DNA of 64,000 nt from positions 2,020 through 66,019 of the forward strand of contig JBAYHH010000003.1 in the NCBI GenBank assembly GCA_041666265.1, read 5' to 3'. The stretch comes from Candidatus Magasanikiibacteriota bacterium. Its GTDB lineage: Bacteria > Patescibacteriota > Patescibacteriia > Magasanikbacterales > GWA2-37-8. The notes beneath the pieces are model-generated. The model was not told where the DNA came from. It worked only from the letters and a program-made list of their open reading frames with translations, and did not search any database. The position numbers and the translations under genes are program-made. Positions 16,279 through 26,763 of the stretch are shown one piece after another (position 1 is the stretch's first letter; every line of letters starts with the position of its first letter).

Positions 16279-18396
16279 ATGAAAAAACAAATCGAAATGT
16301 TTATTAAAGGCCTTATTTACGCCTCGTTTTTTGTCCCACTCATCGTTATTCCCTCGTCGTTTATATTTCCGTTTATCGTTCCAAAAATTCTCGCCTTTCG
16401 TACGATTACCGAGCTGATGATGTGCGCTTACGCCTTGCTTTTGGTGATTAATTGGCGTGAGTATCGGCCGAAATTTACCGCGCTCAATTTGGCTTTGGGC
16501 GCGTTTTTGTTGAGTTTTGCTTTGTCGACATTTATTGGGGTTGATCCGTATCATAGTTTTTGGGATAACCACGAGCGTATGTTGGGCCTGTTCACCATCG
16601 CGCATTTTGTCGCCTATTATTTTATTTGCACCGCGGTTTTCAAGACCTGGAGCGATTGGAAGTGGGTGTTGCGGATGTTTTTGATTGGGGGGTCGATCGT
16701 GATGTTTATTGGGGTGTTGCAAGCATGGGTCAATCCGAGTTTGCTTTTAAACAATGGTGCCGCCACGCGTGTGGCCAGTAGCTTGGGCAACGCTATATAT
16801 GTTGGTGGGTATGGTTTATTTTTGTCTTTCGTAGCAGTTTTACTATTTTTGCGTGAAAATAATCCGGTTTGGCGTTGGGTTTATGCAATTCTTGGTATTT
16901 TTGGTGTTTTGGGGTTATTTTACAGCGGTACGCGCGGGTCAATGCTTGGTTTTGTAGCTGGCGCGGGTGTCGCCATGATCGGATATATTATTGCGTTGAA
17001 AGAATACAAAAAAACCCGCCTTGCTTTGATTGGTTTGGCGATTGCCGGAGTGATTTTAATTTCTTTATTTTACATTTTTCGACAAACTGCTTTTGTGAGA
17101 AATTTGCCGGCAGTGGGTCGCACTGTCAACACATCGTTGTCCGATATTGAACGCAGCCCGCGTTGGATTGCGTGGCAAATCGCCATCGAAAGTTGGAAAG
17201 ATCGTCCGATTTTTGGCTGGGGTCCAAATAATTTCTTTTATGCCTTTAACGCGCATTATAATCCCAAGTCGTTGAATTTTGGTTATGGTGAAACCTGGTT
17301 TGATAATGCGCACAATATTATCGTCAATACCTTGGCAGTGCAGGGTGCGTTTGGTTTGATTATATATTTAGCAGTGTTCGTAGTTGGTATCATTAGTTTG
17401 GTAATAGCTTGGAAGAATAATCAACTAAATTATCATATCGCGATTATTGGTAGCGCGTTTTTGGTAGCGCACCTCGTCGGCAATGTGACGGTATTTGAAA
17501 ATCCCACTTCGTATTTGTATTTTATGTTTTGGTTGGCGCTCATAAATAGCGTTTCTGCCACACCTGTCATCCTGAGCGCAGCGAAGGATCTTCACTGTCA
17601 TCCTGAGCCTTGCCTATCGGCAGGCAGGCGTAGCGAAGGATCTAATCGTGTCATTCCCGCGAAAGCGGGAATCCACGGTGGCGACAAGCCCATCAGCTCC
17701 GGCCTTGTCATTGGCGCCGGCGTATTCGCCTTGCTTTTAATTTTTATTTTCAATATCCAACCGGCGCGCGCCAATATGCAGACGCTCGACGCGATTCGTT
17801 ATCTTTCGCAAGATCCCGTTCTCGGTGTTTCTTATACCAAAACCGCGTTGGCGTTTAATTCACCACACATCGATGATATTCGCGCTGACATTGGCCGTAC
17901 TGCCACCCAGATGCTATCGGGCTCGGCCGATAAGCTCGGCAAAGAGCGTAGTCAAGAAATTTTTGAAATCGTTTATCCCGAGTTACAAAAAAATTTGATT
18001 TTACATCCTTTGGACATTCGCAATCAAATCACTTTATCGCAAATGGCGCAGATTGGCTATCAGATCACCAATAATGGTAAATATATCATGGAGGCGCAAA
18101 CGATGCTTGAAGATGCCTTGGTTAAGTCTCCTCGTCGCCAGCAGATTATTTACAGCTTGTCCGCGCTTAAGATGCAGTTAAATCAGGCTCCCGAAGCGGT
18201 GAAATTGCTCGAGCAGACTATCGCGGACAATCCCAATATTGGCGAGAGTTATTGGCGCTTGGCTTATGCGTATAAATTTTTGAATCAAGCAGATAAAATA
18301 GACGAAGTTTTGGCTTTGGCCGAAAAAAATAGCGTTATATTTACCGATGCGGAAAAAAATATTATCGCGCAAATAAAAACCATGCCGGCTAAATAA
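16279..18396 (+). CDS. O-antigen ligase/O-oligosaccharyltransferase family membrane protein with C-terminal TPR
   Basis: Multiple TM helices; SSLGN, SGTRGS, R...W..A....DRPIFGWGPNNF, DNAHN; helical TPR-like tail. Confidence 0.85.
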   Translation: MKKQIEMFIKGLIYASFFVPLIVIPSSFIFPFIVPKILAFRTITELMMCAYALLLVINWREYRPKFTALNLALGAFLLSFALSTFIGVDPYHSFWDNHERMLGLFTIAHFVAYYFICTAVFKTWSDWKWVLRMFLIGGSIVMFIGVLQAWVNPSLLLNNGAATRVASSLGNAIYVGGYGLFLSFVAVLLFLRENNPVWRWVYAILGIFGVLGLFYSGTRGSMLGFVAGAGVAMIGYIIALKEYKKTRLALIGLAIAGVILISLFYIFRQTAFVRNLPAVGRTVNTSLSDIERSPRWIAWQIAIESWKDRPIFGWGPNNFFYAFNAHYNPKSLNFGYGETWFDNAHNIIVNTLAVQGAFGLIIYLAVFVVGIISLVIAWKNNQLNYHIAIIGSAFLVAHLVGNVTVFENPTSYLYFMFWLALINSVSATPVILSAAKDLHCHPEPCLSAGRRSEGSNRVIPAKAGIHGGDKPISSGLVIGAGVFALLLIFIFNIQPARANMQTLDAIRYLSQDPVLGVSYTKTALAFNSPHIDDIRADIGRTATQMLSGSADKLGKERSQEIFEIVYPELQKNLILHPLDIRNQITLSQMAQIGYQITNNGKYIMEAQTMLEDALVKSPRRQQIIYSLSALKMQLNQAPEAVKLLEQTIADNPNIGESYWRLAYAYKFLNQADKIDEVLALAEKNSVIFTDAEKNIIAQIKTMPAK
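17565..17675 (+). repeat. three REP-like elements inserted in frame in the ligase gene
   Basis: Translate as VILSAAKDLHCHPEPCLSAGRRSEGSNRVIPAKAGIH. Confidence 0.88.
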
Positions 18397-18398
18397 TT

Positions 18399-18503
18399 TG
18401 TCATTCTGACTTGCCTGCCGCCTGCCTGTCCGGTAGGCAGGGTAGGCAGGGTGTAGCCGAATAATCTATTCCTGTGTCATTCTGAGTATAGCCGAAGAAT
18501 CTA
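18399..18503. repeat. REP-like tandem with a doubly nested CCTGCC palindrome
   Basis: TGTCATTCTGA[CTTGCCTGCCG{CCTGCCTGTCCGGTAGGCAGG}GTAGGCAGG]GTGTAGCCGAATAATCT followed by an uninterrupted copy. Confidence 0.8.
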
Positions 18504-18524
18504 TTTCACATAAATCAAATATTT

Positions 18525-19580
18525 ATGAAAAAAGCCATAATTACCGGTATCACCGGTCAGGACGGATCATATCTTGCCGAACTGCTAATAGAAAAAGGTT
18601 ATCAGGTGCACGGAATTGTTCGTCGTAGCAGTAGTTTTAATACCGGTCGGATTGATCATATTTATCAGGATCCGCACGATGATAATCGCAGGTTATTTAT
18701 GTCTTATGGAGATTTGACTGACGGTAGTAATCTTAGCCGTCTGATTGGGAAAATCAAGCCGGATGAAATATATAATCTCGGCGCCCAAAGTCATGTGCGC
18801 ACCAGTTTTGACATGCCGGTATACACGGGCAATGTCGATGGCTTGGGCACTTTACGCCTTCTTGATGCGATCAAAGATTCGGGCGTCAAAGTCAAATTTT
18901 ATCAAGCCGGATCTTCGGAAATGTTTGGTAAAATTCAAGAGAATCCCCAAAAAGAAACCACGCCGTTTTATCCGCGTTCGCCCTATGGCTGTGCCAAGGT
19001 TTACTCGCATTTTTTGTGCGTGAATTATCGCGAAGCGTACAACATGTTTATTTGTAATGGTATCTTGTTTAATCACGAATCACCGCGTCGTGGTGGCACT
19101 TTTGTGACTAAAAAAGTCACTAATGCTTTTGCTAAGATTAAATTAGGTAAACAAGAAAAAGTATATTTGGGAAATTTGGATGCGAAGCGCGATTGGGGAT
19201 ACGCCAAAGAATATGTGGAGGTGATGTGGAAGATGCTACAGCAAGACCAACCCGATGATTATGTTGTGGCTACCGGTGAGACCCATAGCGTGCGTGAATT
19301 TGTCGAGGAAACGGCTGGTTTGGTAGGATACCAAATTAAGTGGGAAGGCGAAGGTATTAAAGAAAAAGGCGTTGATGTCAAATCCGGTCAGACTTTAGTG
19401 GAGATTGATCCGTATTATTATCGTCCAACCGAGGTGGATTTCCTATTGGGCGATGCTTCCAAAGCAAAAGAAAAATTGGGTTGGGAGCCAAAAACCAAAT
19501 TTAAAGAGCTGGTAAAAATTATGATGACCGCTGAATTTGAAGAGCGGGGATTAGAACCGAGTGATTACCTGTCTTTTTAG
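18525..19580 (+). CDS. gmd: GDP-mannose 4,6-dehydratase
   Basis: [35 protein letters not shown]. Confidence 0.97.
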   Translation: MKKAIITGITGQDGSYLAELLIEKGYQVHGIVRRSSSFNTGRIDHIYQDPHDDNRRLFMSYGDLTDGSNLSRLIGKIKPDEIYNLGAQSHVRTSFDMPVYTGNVDGLGTLRLLDAIKDSGVKVKFYQAGSSEMFGKIQENPQKETTPFYPRSPYGCAKVYSHFLCVNYREAYNMFICNGILFNHESPRRGGTFVTKKVTNAFAKIKLGKQEKVYLGNLDAKRDWGYAKEYVEVMWKMLQQDQPDDYVVATGETHSVREFVEETAGLVGYQIKWEGEGIKEKGVDVKSGQTLVEIDPYYYRPTEVDFLLGDASKAKEKLGWEPKTKFKELVKIMMTAEFEERGLEPSDYLSF

Positions 19581-19585
19581 CACAC

Positions 19586-19718
19586 TGTCATTCCGAACGA
19601 ATGTGAGGAATCTTTACCCAGTTGTCATCCTGAGCGTTAGCGAAGGATCTTAATCACCTACAATTCACCTGTCATTCTGAGCGAAGCCCGACCTTAGTTG
19701 GGCGGAGTCGAAGAATCT
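19586..19718. repeat. three tandem REP-like elements
   Basis: TGTCATTCCGAAC..GGAATCT; TGTCATCCTGAGC..GAAGGATCT; TGTCATTCTGAGC..GAAGAATCT. Confidence 0.8.
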
Positions 19719-19725
19719 TTCGTAT

Positions 19726-20679
19726 ATGGAAAAAACCTCCAAAATATACATCGCCGGCCACCGTGGTCTCGTCGGTTCGGCTATTGTCCGTCGTCTGCAA
19801 AAAGACGGCTATGCCAATTTGGTTTTACGCACGCACGCGGAATTAGACTTATTGAGTCAGCAAGCAGTCGCGGATTTTTTTGCCATAGAAAAACCGGAAT
19901 ATGTATTTTTGGCCGCCGCCAAAGTGGGTGGAATTCTCGCTAACAATACTGAGCCAGCGCAGTTTATTTATGAAAATTTACAGATACAAAACAATATTAT
20001 TCATTGCTCGTATTTAAACAAGGTAAGAAAGCTTTTGTTTTTGGGATCTTCGTGTATCTATCCGCGTCTCTGTCCGCAACCAATGAAAGAGGATCATCTA
20101 TTGACCGGACTTTTAGAACCCACCAATGAGCCCTATGCTTTAGCCAAAATCTCTGGTATTAAAATGTGTCAAAGCTACAATCGTCAATATGGCACCAATT
20201 TTATCGCTGTCATGCCGACAAATTTATATGGTCCGGGAGATAATTTTGATTTAAATTCTTCGCATGTCATGCCGGCTCTGATTCGCAAATTTCATGATGC
20301 TAAAATAAACAATGCGCCTACGGTGACGGCGTGGGGGACCGGTAGCCCCAAGCGTGAATTTTTGCATGTTGATGATATGGCTGATGGTTGTGTATTTGTG
20401 ATGAATAATTTCAATCCCACCAAAGAACAAAATGACAAAGGTGAGATATTTTTCAATTTAGGCACCGGAGTCGATGTCACTATCAAGGAATTAACCGAGC
20501 TAGTTAAAAAGACGGTGGGTTTTAATGGTCGTATAGCATGGGATATCACCAAGCCGGATGGCGCGCCACGCAAGCTTCAAGACATGAATAGAATGCATGC
20601 TTTGGGATGGAATCATAAAATTGATTTAGCAGAGGGTGTAAGATTTACTTACGAATGGTATTTGGCAAATGTTAATTAA
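19726..20679 (+). CDS. fcl: GDP-L-fucose synthase
   Basis: [44 protein letters not shown]. Confidence 0.96.
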   Translation: MEKTSKIYIAGHRGLVGSAIVRRLQKDGYANLVLRTHAELDLLSQQAVADFFAIEKPEYVFLAAAKVGGILANNTEPAQFIYENLQIQNNIIHCSYLNKVRKLLFLGSSCIYPRLCPQPMKEDHLLTGLLEPTNEPYALAKISGIKMCQSYNRQYGTNFIAVMPTNLYGPGDNFDLNSSHVMPALIRKFHDAKINNAPTVTAWGTGSPKREFLHVDDMADGCVFVMNNFNPTKEQNDKGEIFFNLGTGVDVTIKELTELVKKTVGFNGRIAWDITKPDGAPRKLQDMNRMHALGWNHKIDLAEGVRFTYEWYLANVN

Positions 20680-20680
20680 T

Positions 20681-22096
20681 ATGGACAAGATTCAGCTCAA
20701 AGAATATTTTAATAGATTGTCGCGGGTGCGACAGAAGCGGGGCGTCCGGAATCGGTATTACCACAACGATATCTATAAATTATTGAATTTTTTGATCCCC
20801 AAAGACGCATCAGTATTAGATGTGGGCTGCGGCGACGGTGAAATATTATCTCGTTTAGGTCGTCCAAAGAGTGTTGGTATCGATTTCAGTCCGGTTGTGA
20901 TAGCTTCGGCCGAACAACAGCATCCGGCAATTGAATTCTTAGAAATGGATGCTGAATATTTGTGTTTAAACAAAAAGTTTGATTATGTTGTAATATCTGA
21001 TACCATCGGTTTTCTAAGTGATATTCAGTCGGCGTTGTCTGGTTTGCATCGAATTTGTCATCCCAAGAGCAAGATCATCATTACTTATTATAATTATTTA
21101 TGGGAGCCTATATTAAAATTGGCGGAAAAACTACACCTTAAAACATCCGAACCGATACAGAATTGGGTTTCGTGTTCCGATGTTGATAATTTATTATATT
21201 TGGCAGGTTTTGAAATAGTAAAAAGAGGAGAGCGATTGCTTTTTCCCAAATATTTTCCGCTACTTTCATCTTTTCTGAATTTTTATTTGGCCAAAATGCC
21301 GCTCTTGCGCCATTTATGTTTAATTAATTATGTGGTAGCGCGCCCTCGTCCGGCCGGAAAAGTGTTGCCCGACCGTGATCCATCCGTCACAGTTTTGATT
21401 CCCGCACGCAATGAAAAGGGGAATATTGAAACCGCCGTGCAACGAGTTCCCAAACTCGGTTCGCATACCGAAATAATTTTTGTGGAAGGCAATTCCACTG
21501 ATAGCACTTGGGAAGAAATTGGTAGAGTCAAAGCAAAATATTCAAATTTGGATATAAAGATGATGAAGCAAGATGGTAGGGGCAAGGGTGACGCTGTGCG
21601 CAAAGGATTTGATGTCGCCAGTGGTGATATTTTAATGATTCTGGATGCAGATTTAACTGTGCGCCCCGAAGAATTACCTAAATTTTACCAGGCGATCGCA
21701 TCTGGGGCAGGGGAGTTTATCAATGGCTCGCGTTTAGTATATCAGCTCGAAGATCAATCAATGCGTTTGTTAAATATTTTTGGCAATAAGTTTTTTAGTC
21801 TAATGTTTAGCTGGTTATTAGATCAGAGATTAAAAGATACGCTTTGTGGCACCAAGGTTATTTGGAAAGATGATTATGAAAGAGTAAAATCTGGCAGATC
21901 TTTTTTTGGAGATTTTGATCCGTTCGGTGACTACGATCTTCTTTTTGGCGCAGCTAAGCTTAATTTGAAAATTGTCGATTTACCCATTCGCTATCAGGCC
22001 AGAACCTATGGCACTACCAATATTTCTCGTTTTCGTCACGGCTGGCTATTATTGCAAATGTGTTTTTTTGCCATGAAGAAAATCAAGTTTATATAA
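20681..22096 (+). CDS. fused class I methyltransferase-like domain and GT2 (polyprenol-phosphate-type) glycosyltransferase
   Basis: VLDVGCGDG; IPARNE, GKGDAV, LDADL, DTLCGTK. Confidence 0.85.
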   Translation: MDKIQLKEYFNRLSRVRQKRGVRNRYYHNDIYKLLNFLIPKDASVLDVGCGDGEILSRLGRPKSVGIDFSPVVIASAEQQHPAIEFLEMDAEYLCLNKKFDYVVISDTIGFLSDIQSALSGLHRICHPKSKIIITYYNYLWEPILKLAEKLHLKTSEPIQNWVSCSDVDNLLYLAGFEIVKRGERLLFPKYFPLLSSFLNFYLAKMPLLRHLCLINYVVARPRPAGKVLPDRDPSVTVLIPARNEKGNIETAVQRVPKLGSHTEIIFVEGNSTDSTWEEIGRVKAKYSNLDIKMMKQDGRGKGDAVRKGFDVASGDILMILDADLTVRPEELPKFYQAIASGAGEFINGSRLVYQLEDQSMRLLNIFGNKFFSLMFSWLLDQRLKDTLCGTKVIWKDDYERVKSGRSFFGDFDPFGDYDLLFGAAKLNLKIVDLPIRYQARTYGTTNISRFRHGWLLLQMCFFAMKKIKFI

Positions 22097-22116
22097 CAAG
22101 GCTGTGGATAACTTTT

Positions 22117-22154
22117 TGACACCTTTTGACACCCAATGACACCAGGGGTATAAT
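22117..22154 (+). promoter_or_regulatory. consensus promoter overlapped by three TGACACC direct repeats
   Basis: TTGACA (22126)-17-TATAAT (22149); TGACACC at 22117, 22127 and 22137. Confidence 0.8.
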
Positions 22155-22183
22155 ACAGGATGTCATTATGATTTTGGCTAACT

Positions 22184-22432
22184 ATGGCAGAAATCAAGCC
22201 AAACGAGGTGTATACAACCCAAGAAGCACAAGAATTGCTTAAAATTAGCAATAGCACCATGAAACGCCTTATAAAGCGTGGTCTTATTCGTGCTAATAAA
22301 ATCGGCAAGCAATATCGCATTTTGGGGCATGATATTTTGAAAATGTTATCACCAGAAGTGGACAAGAAAGCCACTAATTTATACCAAAAGGTTAAAATGA
22401 AGACCATCGAAAAAACAAAAAATTGGGATTAA
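22184..22432 (+). CDS. excisionase/BldC-like HTH_17 protein
   Basis: YTTQEAQELLKISNSTMKRLIKRGLIRANKIGKQYRI. Confidence 0.88.
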   Translation: MAEIKPNEVYTTQEAQELLKISNSTMKRLIKRGLIRANKIGKQYRILGHDILKMLSPEVDKKATNLYQKVKMKTIEKTKNWD

Positions 22433-22476
22433 TTATTTTGTCAATTATAATTTTAATACGACATTTTGTGGGTTAT

Positions 22477-24018
22477 ATGGCTAATTTAGGTCACCAAGTA
22501 ATTAAAAATTCAATTTATAGTTTTATTGGTTTTATCTGGCCTATTTTATTAGCATTTATTGCCACTCCTCTTCTAATCAGAGGGCTTGGTTCGGCTAAGT
22601 TCGGCTATTATATTCTACTTAACGCCAGCGTTGCTTTCTTTGCGTTGTTGGATTTTGGCTTAAGTTATACTTTCATTAAAAAATTATCAGAAGAACCAGA
22701 GAACGCCGGCAATGAATCGGTCAAAAAACTTTTTAGTTCCACTTTTTGGGCCTATTTGGTTATTGGTCTATTGGTATTTTTATTATTATGTTTTTTGCCC
22801 AACCTATTTAACTCATGGTTTAGAATTCCGGATGGTTATGCTTATTCCCATCAGTTAATATTCTTTTGTCTTGGCTTGACTTTTCTCTTCAAGATGTTGT
22901 CGGTTACAATTGGGCAAATTCCTTATGCATTGCAACGATCGGATATTACTACTAAAGTGGCTTTGCTCAATGTTACTTTGGTGCAAGTTGCCAGCGTCAT
23001 CCTGGTACTTACCGGGCACGGCATCGCCTCATTGGTGATTGTACAGTTATTTTCTTCCGTCATTGTTTTTTTGCTTTATTTTTTTATCAGTCGATCAATC
23101 CTGCCCAATCTCAAATTGGAGTTTTATTTTTCCCCTTATTTTTTTAAAGGAATAGCTAAAGATGGTTTTTGGAATTTTATTGCCAGCGGAGCCGGCAATT
23201 TATTAACACAATTAGATAAATTCGTAGTCGGTATATTTTGTGGTTCAACCGGAGTCACTTATTACACTTCGTCTCAGATGATTCCAGAGAAGATCCATTG
23301 TACGGCTTTCAGTTTGTCTATCTGTTTTTTTCCGGTGTTTTCTCGCGCCAGTATTAGCGGGCCAGACGACGGGGTAAGAAAAATATTCAGACGCGGTTTT
23401 AGTATGGTTGCTTTTGTTTCTGGCGGCCTATCTTTGGCTGTGCTTATATATAATTATCAGTTATTAAAATATTGGTTAGGTACGGAAATAGCTGACAACG
23501 CCTCGTTGGCTGTTATTTTTTTGGTTGGCACTTATTTTCTAACATCCTTGGGTAGTTTTGGTAGTTTTTTTGTCAGTGGTTGGAGAAAGCTCAAATTCTC
23601 CGCCTTTACCGCTGTATTGATGGCCGTATTAGATATAATTTTTATGTTTATTTTAATCCCCAGATTTCAGGTGGCCGGAGCAGCTGCCGCTTATCTGCTG
23701 AGTGTGTTGCCGATTCCATTCTTTATTTTATACATTGAAAAAAATTATTTAAAATCCGAAACTATTGGCGCGATTAAATTTTATTTGAAGCATATTTTAA
23801 AAATGGCTATAGTGATTATTCCGGTTTATCTATTTTCGGTGGCTTTCTTTATTCCAATAGCTTCCAGTTTGCTTTCCACGATCTTATTGGGCGGAATATC
23901 TTTTTTATTGTATGTCGGTATTTATTGGTTATTAGGATTTTTTAACCCGGATGATATTAGCTTGCTAAAGGAGTTTATGCAGAGATCTTTGTTAAAATTT
24001 AATTTGAAACATGAATAA
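22477..24018 (+). CDS. wzx: Wzx-type oligosaccharide flippase
   Basis: Many TM helices; P.LIR.LG...FG, DFGLS, QLDKFVVG; start moved to ATG 22477. Confidence 0.88.
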   Translation: MANLGHQVIKNSIYSFIGFIWPILLAFIATPLLIRGLGSAKFGYYILLNASVAFFALLDFGLSYTFIKKLSEEPENAGNESVKKLFSSTFWAYLVIGLLVFLLLCFLPNLFNSWFRIPDGYAYSHQLIFFCLGLTFLFKMLSVTIGQIPYALQRSDITTKVALLNVTLVQVASVILVLTGHGIASLVIVQLFSSVIVFLLYFFISRSILPNLKLEFYFSPYFFKGIAKDGFWNFIASGAGNLLTQLDKFVVGIFCGSTGVTYYTSSQMIPEKIHCTAFSLSICFFPVFSRASISGPDDGVRKIFRRGFSMVAFVSGGLSLAVLIYNYQLLKYWLGTEIADNASLAVIFLVGTYFLTSLGSFGSFFVSGWRKLKFSAFTAVLMAVLDIIFMFILIPRFQVAGAAAAYLLSVLPIPFFILYIEKNYLKSETIGAIKFYLKHILKMAIVIIPVYLFSVAFFIPIASSLLSTILLGGISFLLYVGIYWLLGFFNPDDISLLKEFMQRSLLKFNLKHE

Positions 24019-24895
24019 TAACAAAAATAATTTAACTCCAGAATATTCTATCGGGGTAGTTACTTACATATCGAGATTCGAAGAGTTTTTTATACCTTTA
24101 ATCAAACAGTTGGTTAGTGTGTTTCCCGATAAAGAAATCATTTGTATTATCAACGGGCACCACGATACCTTTTTTCAAATTAATTATTTAAAGCGCGTAA
24201 CTGCTTTTTTAAGCCAGTATCCCAATGTGCGTTATATCACGCACGAAAAACATCAGCCACTCGCCAAATGTTTTAATTGGTTGTTACTCATGACATTCGC
24301 GCCGAGGATGTTGGTTTTAAACGATGATGTTAGTTTGAACTTATTGTTTCGTCAAGATTTTGAAAAACATCTCCAGGAGAACGATTTGTTTTTCGTGATC
24401 AATCGTAGTTGGTGCCATTTTTTGGTTTCAAAGAAATTGGTAAAAGAAATTGGTTGGTTTGACGAAAGATTACCAGGTACCGGCTATGAAGATGGTGATT
24501 ATCATATTCGTATGGTTGAAAAAGGTCAACCGGTTACCAGGGTGGAGTGCCGAGGTCTAATTAATTATGTTGCGCTACAAAACAACCCAGGATGGGCCAC
24601 CATTTCAAAAAAAGTAAGCACGGGACGCTCTGATAAATCTGCTGTCATAAATCGTGACTTTTTTTATTCAAAATATTCTACTGATGGTATATTAAAACCA
24701 GGCATGGAAACCCCTCTTTTTTATGATTATTCATGCTTAGATAATGAAGGCAATTTTGGGGTGTCAAAATTCATATACAAAGACGCCAAACCACCGCTCG
24801 GTCGGATTTTGATGCTACCGGTTTACGCAATTTATAGTTACACTCGTAAGATAGTTAGAATTATATATAGAAGCGTCAAAAAAATATTCAAATAA
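24011..24895 (+). CDS. GT-A fold glycosyltransferase (GT2-like)
   Basis: VLNDDV, IGWFDER, GYEDGDY. Confidence 0.7.
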   Translation: MNNNKNNLTPEYSIGVVTYISRFEEFFIPLIKQLVSVFPDKEIICIINGHHDTFFQINYLKRVTAFLSQYPNVRYITHEKHQPLAKCFNWLLLMTFAPRMLVLNDDVSLNLLFRQDFEKHLQENDLFFVINRSWCHFLVSKKLVKEIGWFDERLPGTGYEDGDYHIRMVEKGQPVTRVECRGLINYVALQNNPGWATISKKVSTGRSDKSAVINRDFFYSKYSTDGILKPGMETPLFYDYSCLDNEGNFGVSKFIYKDAKPPLGRILMLPVYAIYSYTRKIVRIIYRSVKKIFK

Positions 24896-24902
24896 TGTTA
24901 TT

Positions 24903-25535
24903 ATGAAAATTATTGAAGTTAAAAATTTGATTATTCCCGATGTTAAAGTGGTGCGTTTTGAAAGATTTGTTGATAGTCGGGGTTATTTTACCGAAATGTT
25001 TCATCGTCATGAAATCGACAGCGACACCCGGTTTGGTTTTTTAAAGAAATCAGATCTAATTCAAATAAATGAAAGTTTTGTTAAAGCAGGCGTGATTAAA
25101 GGTCTTCATTTTCAGTGGCAACCACCCTTGGGCAAATTACTCCGAGTTATTTCCGGACATATGATTGATATGGTTTTGGATATTCGTAAGGGCTCTCTCA
25201 CCGAAGGTAAAATTATTTTATATGACATGCCGGTTTCGCAATCAGATAATTATGGCGAATGGATTTGGTTGCCTCCCGGTATTGCTCACGGTAATATATT
25301 CTTGGAAGATAGTATTATAGAATATTTATTTACCGCCCCCTATAATAGCGCTGGCGAGAGTAGTATTTTTCCATTTTCAGAGGATATTGACTGGTCGTTG
25401 TGTGATCCAATTTTAAAGGATAAATTTAAAAAATTTGAATCCGGTAATTTTGTCATTAGCGATAAAGATAAAACAGGCCAATCATTTTTGGAGTGGAATC
25501 ACCACAATCAATCAAAAAATTTTATATATGTATAA
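24903..25535 (+). CDS. rfbC: NDP-4-keto-6-deoxyhexose 3,5-epimerase (RfbC/RmlC family)
   Basis: DSRGYFTE, GLHFQ, GKLLRV, DIRKGS, PPGIAHG. Confidence 0.85.
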   Translation: MKIIEVKNLIIPDVKVVRFERFVDSRGYFTEMFHRHEIDSDTRFGFLKKSDLIQINESFVKAGVIKGLHFQWQPPLGKLLRVISGHMIDMVLDIRKGSLTEGKIILYDMPVSQSDNYGEWIWLPPGIAHGNIFLEDSIIEYLFTAPYNSAGESSIFPFSEDIDWSLCDPILKDKFKKFESGNFVISDKDKTGQSFLEWNHHNQSKNFIYV

Positions 25536-26760
25536 ACATAGCACTCATTGTAGGATTTGTAATAGTGAAAATTTATCCAAATTTTTAGATTTTGGCAACC
25601 AACCTCTGGCTAATTCGTTTTTAAAAAATAAAGAAGAGTTTGTATCGGAAAAATTTTATCCTTTGGCTGTATATTTTTGCCATGACTGTAATTTAGCTCA
25701 ACTTTTAGATGTGGTAGACAAAGAAGAAATGTTTTCTCATTATATTTATTTTAGTTCGGGCATGCCCAAGCTTTCTAATCATTTTAAGGATTATGCCGAA
25801 GATGTTATCAAACGTTTTCTAGGTCCCGGCGAGCTTGTCGTTGAGATCGCCAGTAACGATGGGATATTATTAAAATTTTTTAAAGATTCGGGTTATAAAA
25901 TTTTAGGTATTGATCCAGCAGTAAATGTTGCCAAGGTTGCTCAGGATATGGGCGTTAACACAGTAGTTGATTTTTTCCGCGAGGATCTGAGCCTGGAGAT
26001 AGCGAAAAAGCATGGCACGGCCAAAGTGATTTTAGCCAATAATGTCGTGGCTCACATTGATGATCTCCATGATTTGGCCAAAGGTATTAATAATTTGCTT
26101 GCTGATGACGGGGTTTTTATTTTGGAAGCGCCCTATTTTGTGGATATGTTTGAAAATACCACTTATGATACAATTTACCACGAACACTTATCATATCTGG
26201 CAGTTCGGCCATTGCAAAAGTTTTTTGAATTGTTTGGGATGGAGATATTTGATGTAGAGATACACGAGGTACAGGGGAGGTCGTTACGGGTTTTCGTTGG
26301 TCGTAATGGCAAACATGACATCAGTGAGAGTGTTCAAAAATTTGTAAACAAAGAATTGGATTTAGGTTTGGATTCATGGTCGGTTTATACCGCGCTGGCA
26401 GAAAAAATTTCCCAGCAAAAACAAGATCTTACCAGGCTTTTGCAAGACCTAAAAAATTCCGACAAAAAAATTGCCGCGTATGGAGCGCCAGCCAAGGGCA
26501 ATACCATGTTAAATTATTGTGGTATTGGACCAGATGTTTTAGACTATGCTTTGGAAGATTTACCGGCCAAACAGGGTTTGTTGACTCCTGGAATGCATGT
26601 TCCAACTTTTGATAGCGCTTATGCGCACGCGCACTTACCCGATTATTTTTTAATGTTAGCCTGGAATTACCAGAAGCCGATTTTAGAAAAAGAGCAACAA
26701 TATATTAAAGACGGAGGTAAGTTTATCATCCCGGTAGAAGGAATAAAAATTGTTGGTTAA
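25528..26760 (+). CDS. NDP-hexose C-methyltransferase (TylC3/NovU family)
   Basis: Zn site CRIC..CHDC, EIASNDG, YDTIYHEH, YGAPAKGNT, LAWNY. Confidence 0.88.
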   Translation: MYKHSTHCRICNSENLSKFLDFGNQPLANSFLKNKEEFVSEKFYPLAVYFCHDCNLAQLLDVVDKEEMFSHYIYFSSGMPKLSNHFKDYAEDVIKRFLGPGELVVEIASNDGILLKFFKDSGYKILGIDPAVNVAKVAQDMGVNTVVDFFREDLSLEIAKKHGTAKVILANNVVAHIDDLHDLAKGINNLLADDGVFILEAPYFVDMFENTTYDTIYHEHLSYLAVRPLQKFFELFGMEIFDVEIHEVQGRSLRVFVGRNGKHDISESVQKFVNKELDLGLDSWSVYTALAEKISQQKQDLTRLLQDLKNSDKKIAAYGAPAKGNTMLNYCGIGPDVLDYALEDLPAKQGLLTPGMHVPTFDSAYAHAHLPDYFLMLAWNYQKPILEKEQQYIKDGGKFIIPVEGIKIVG

Positions 26761-26763
26761 TTT

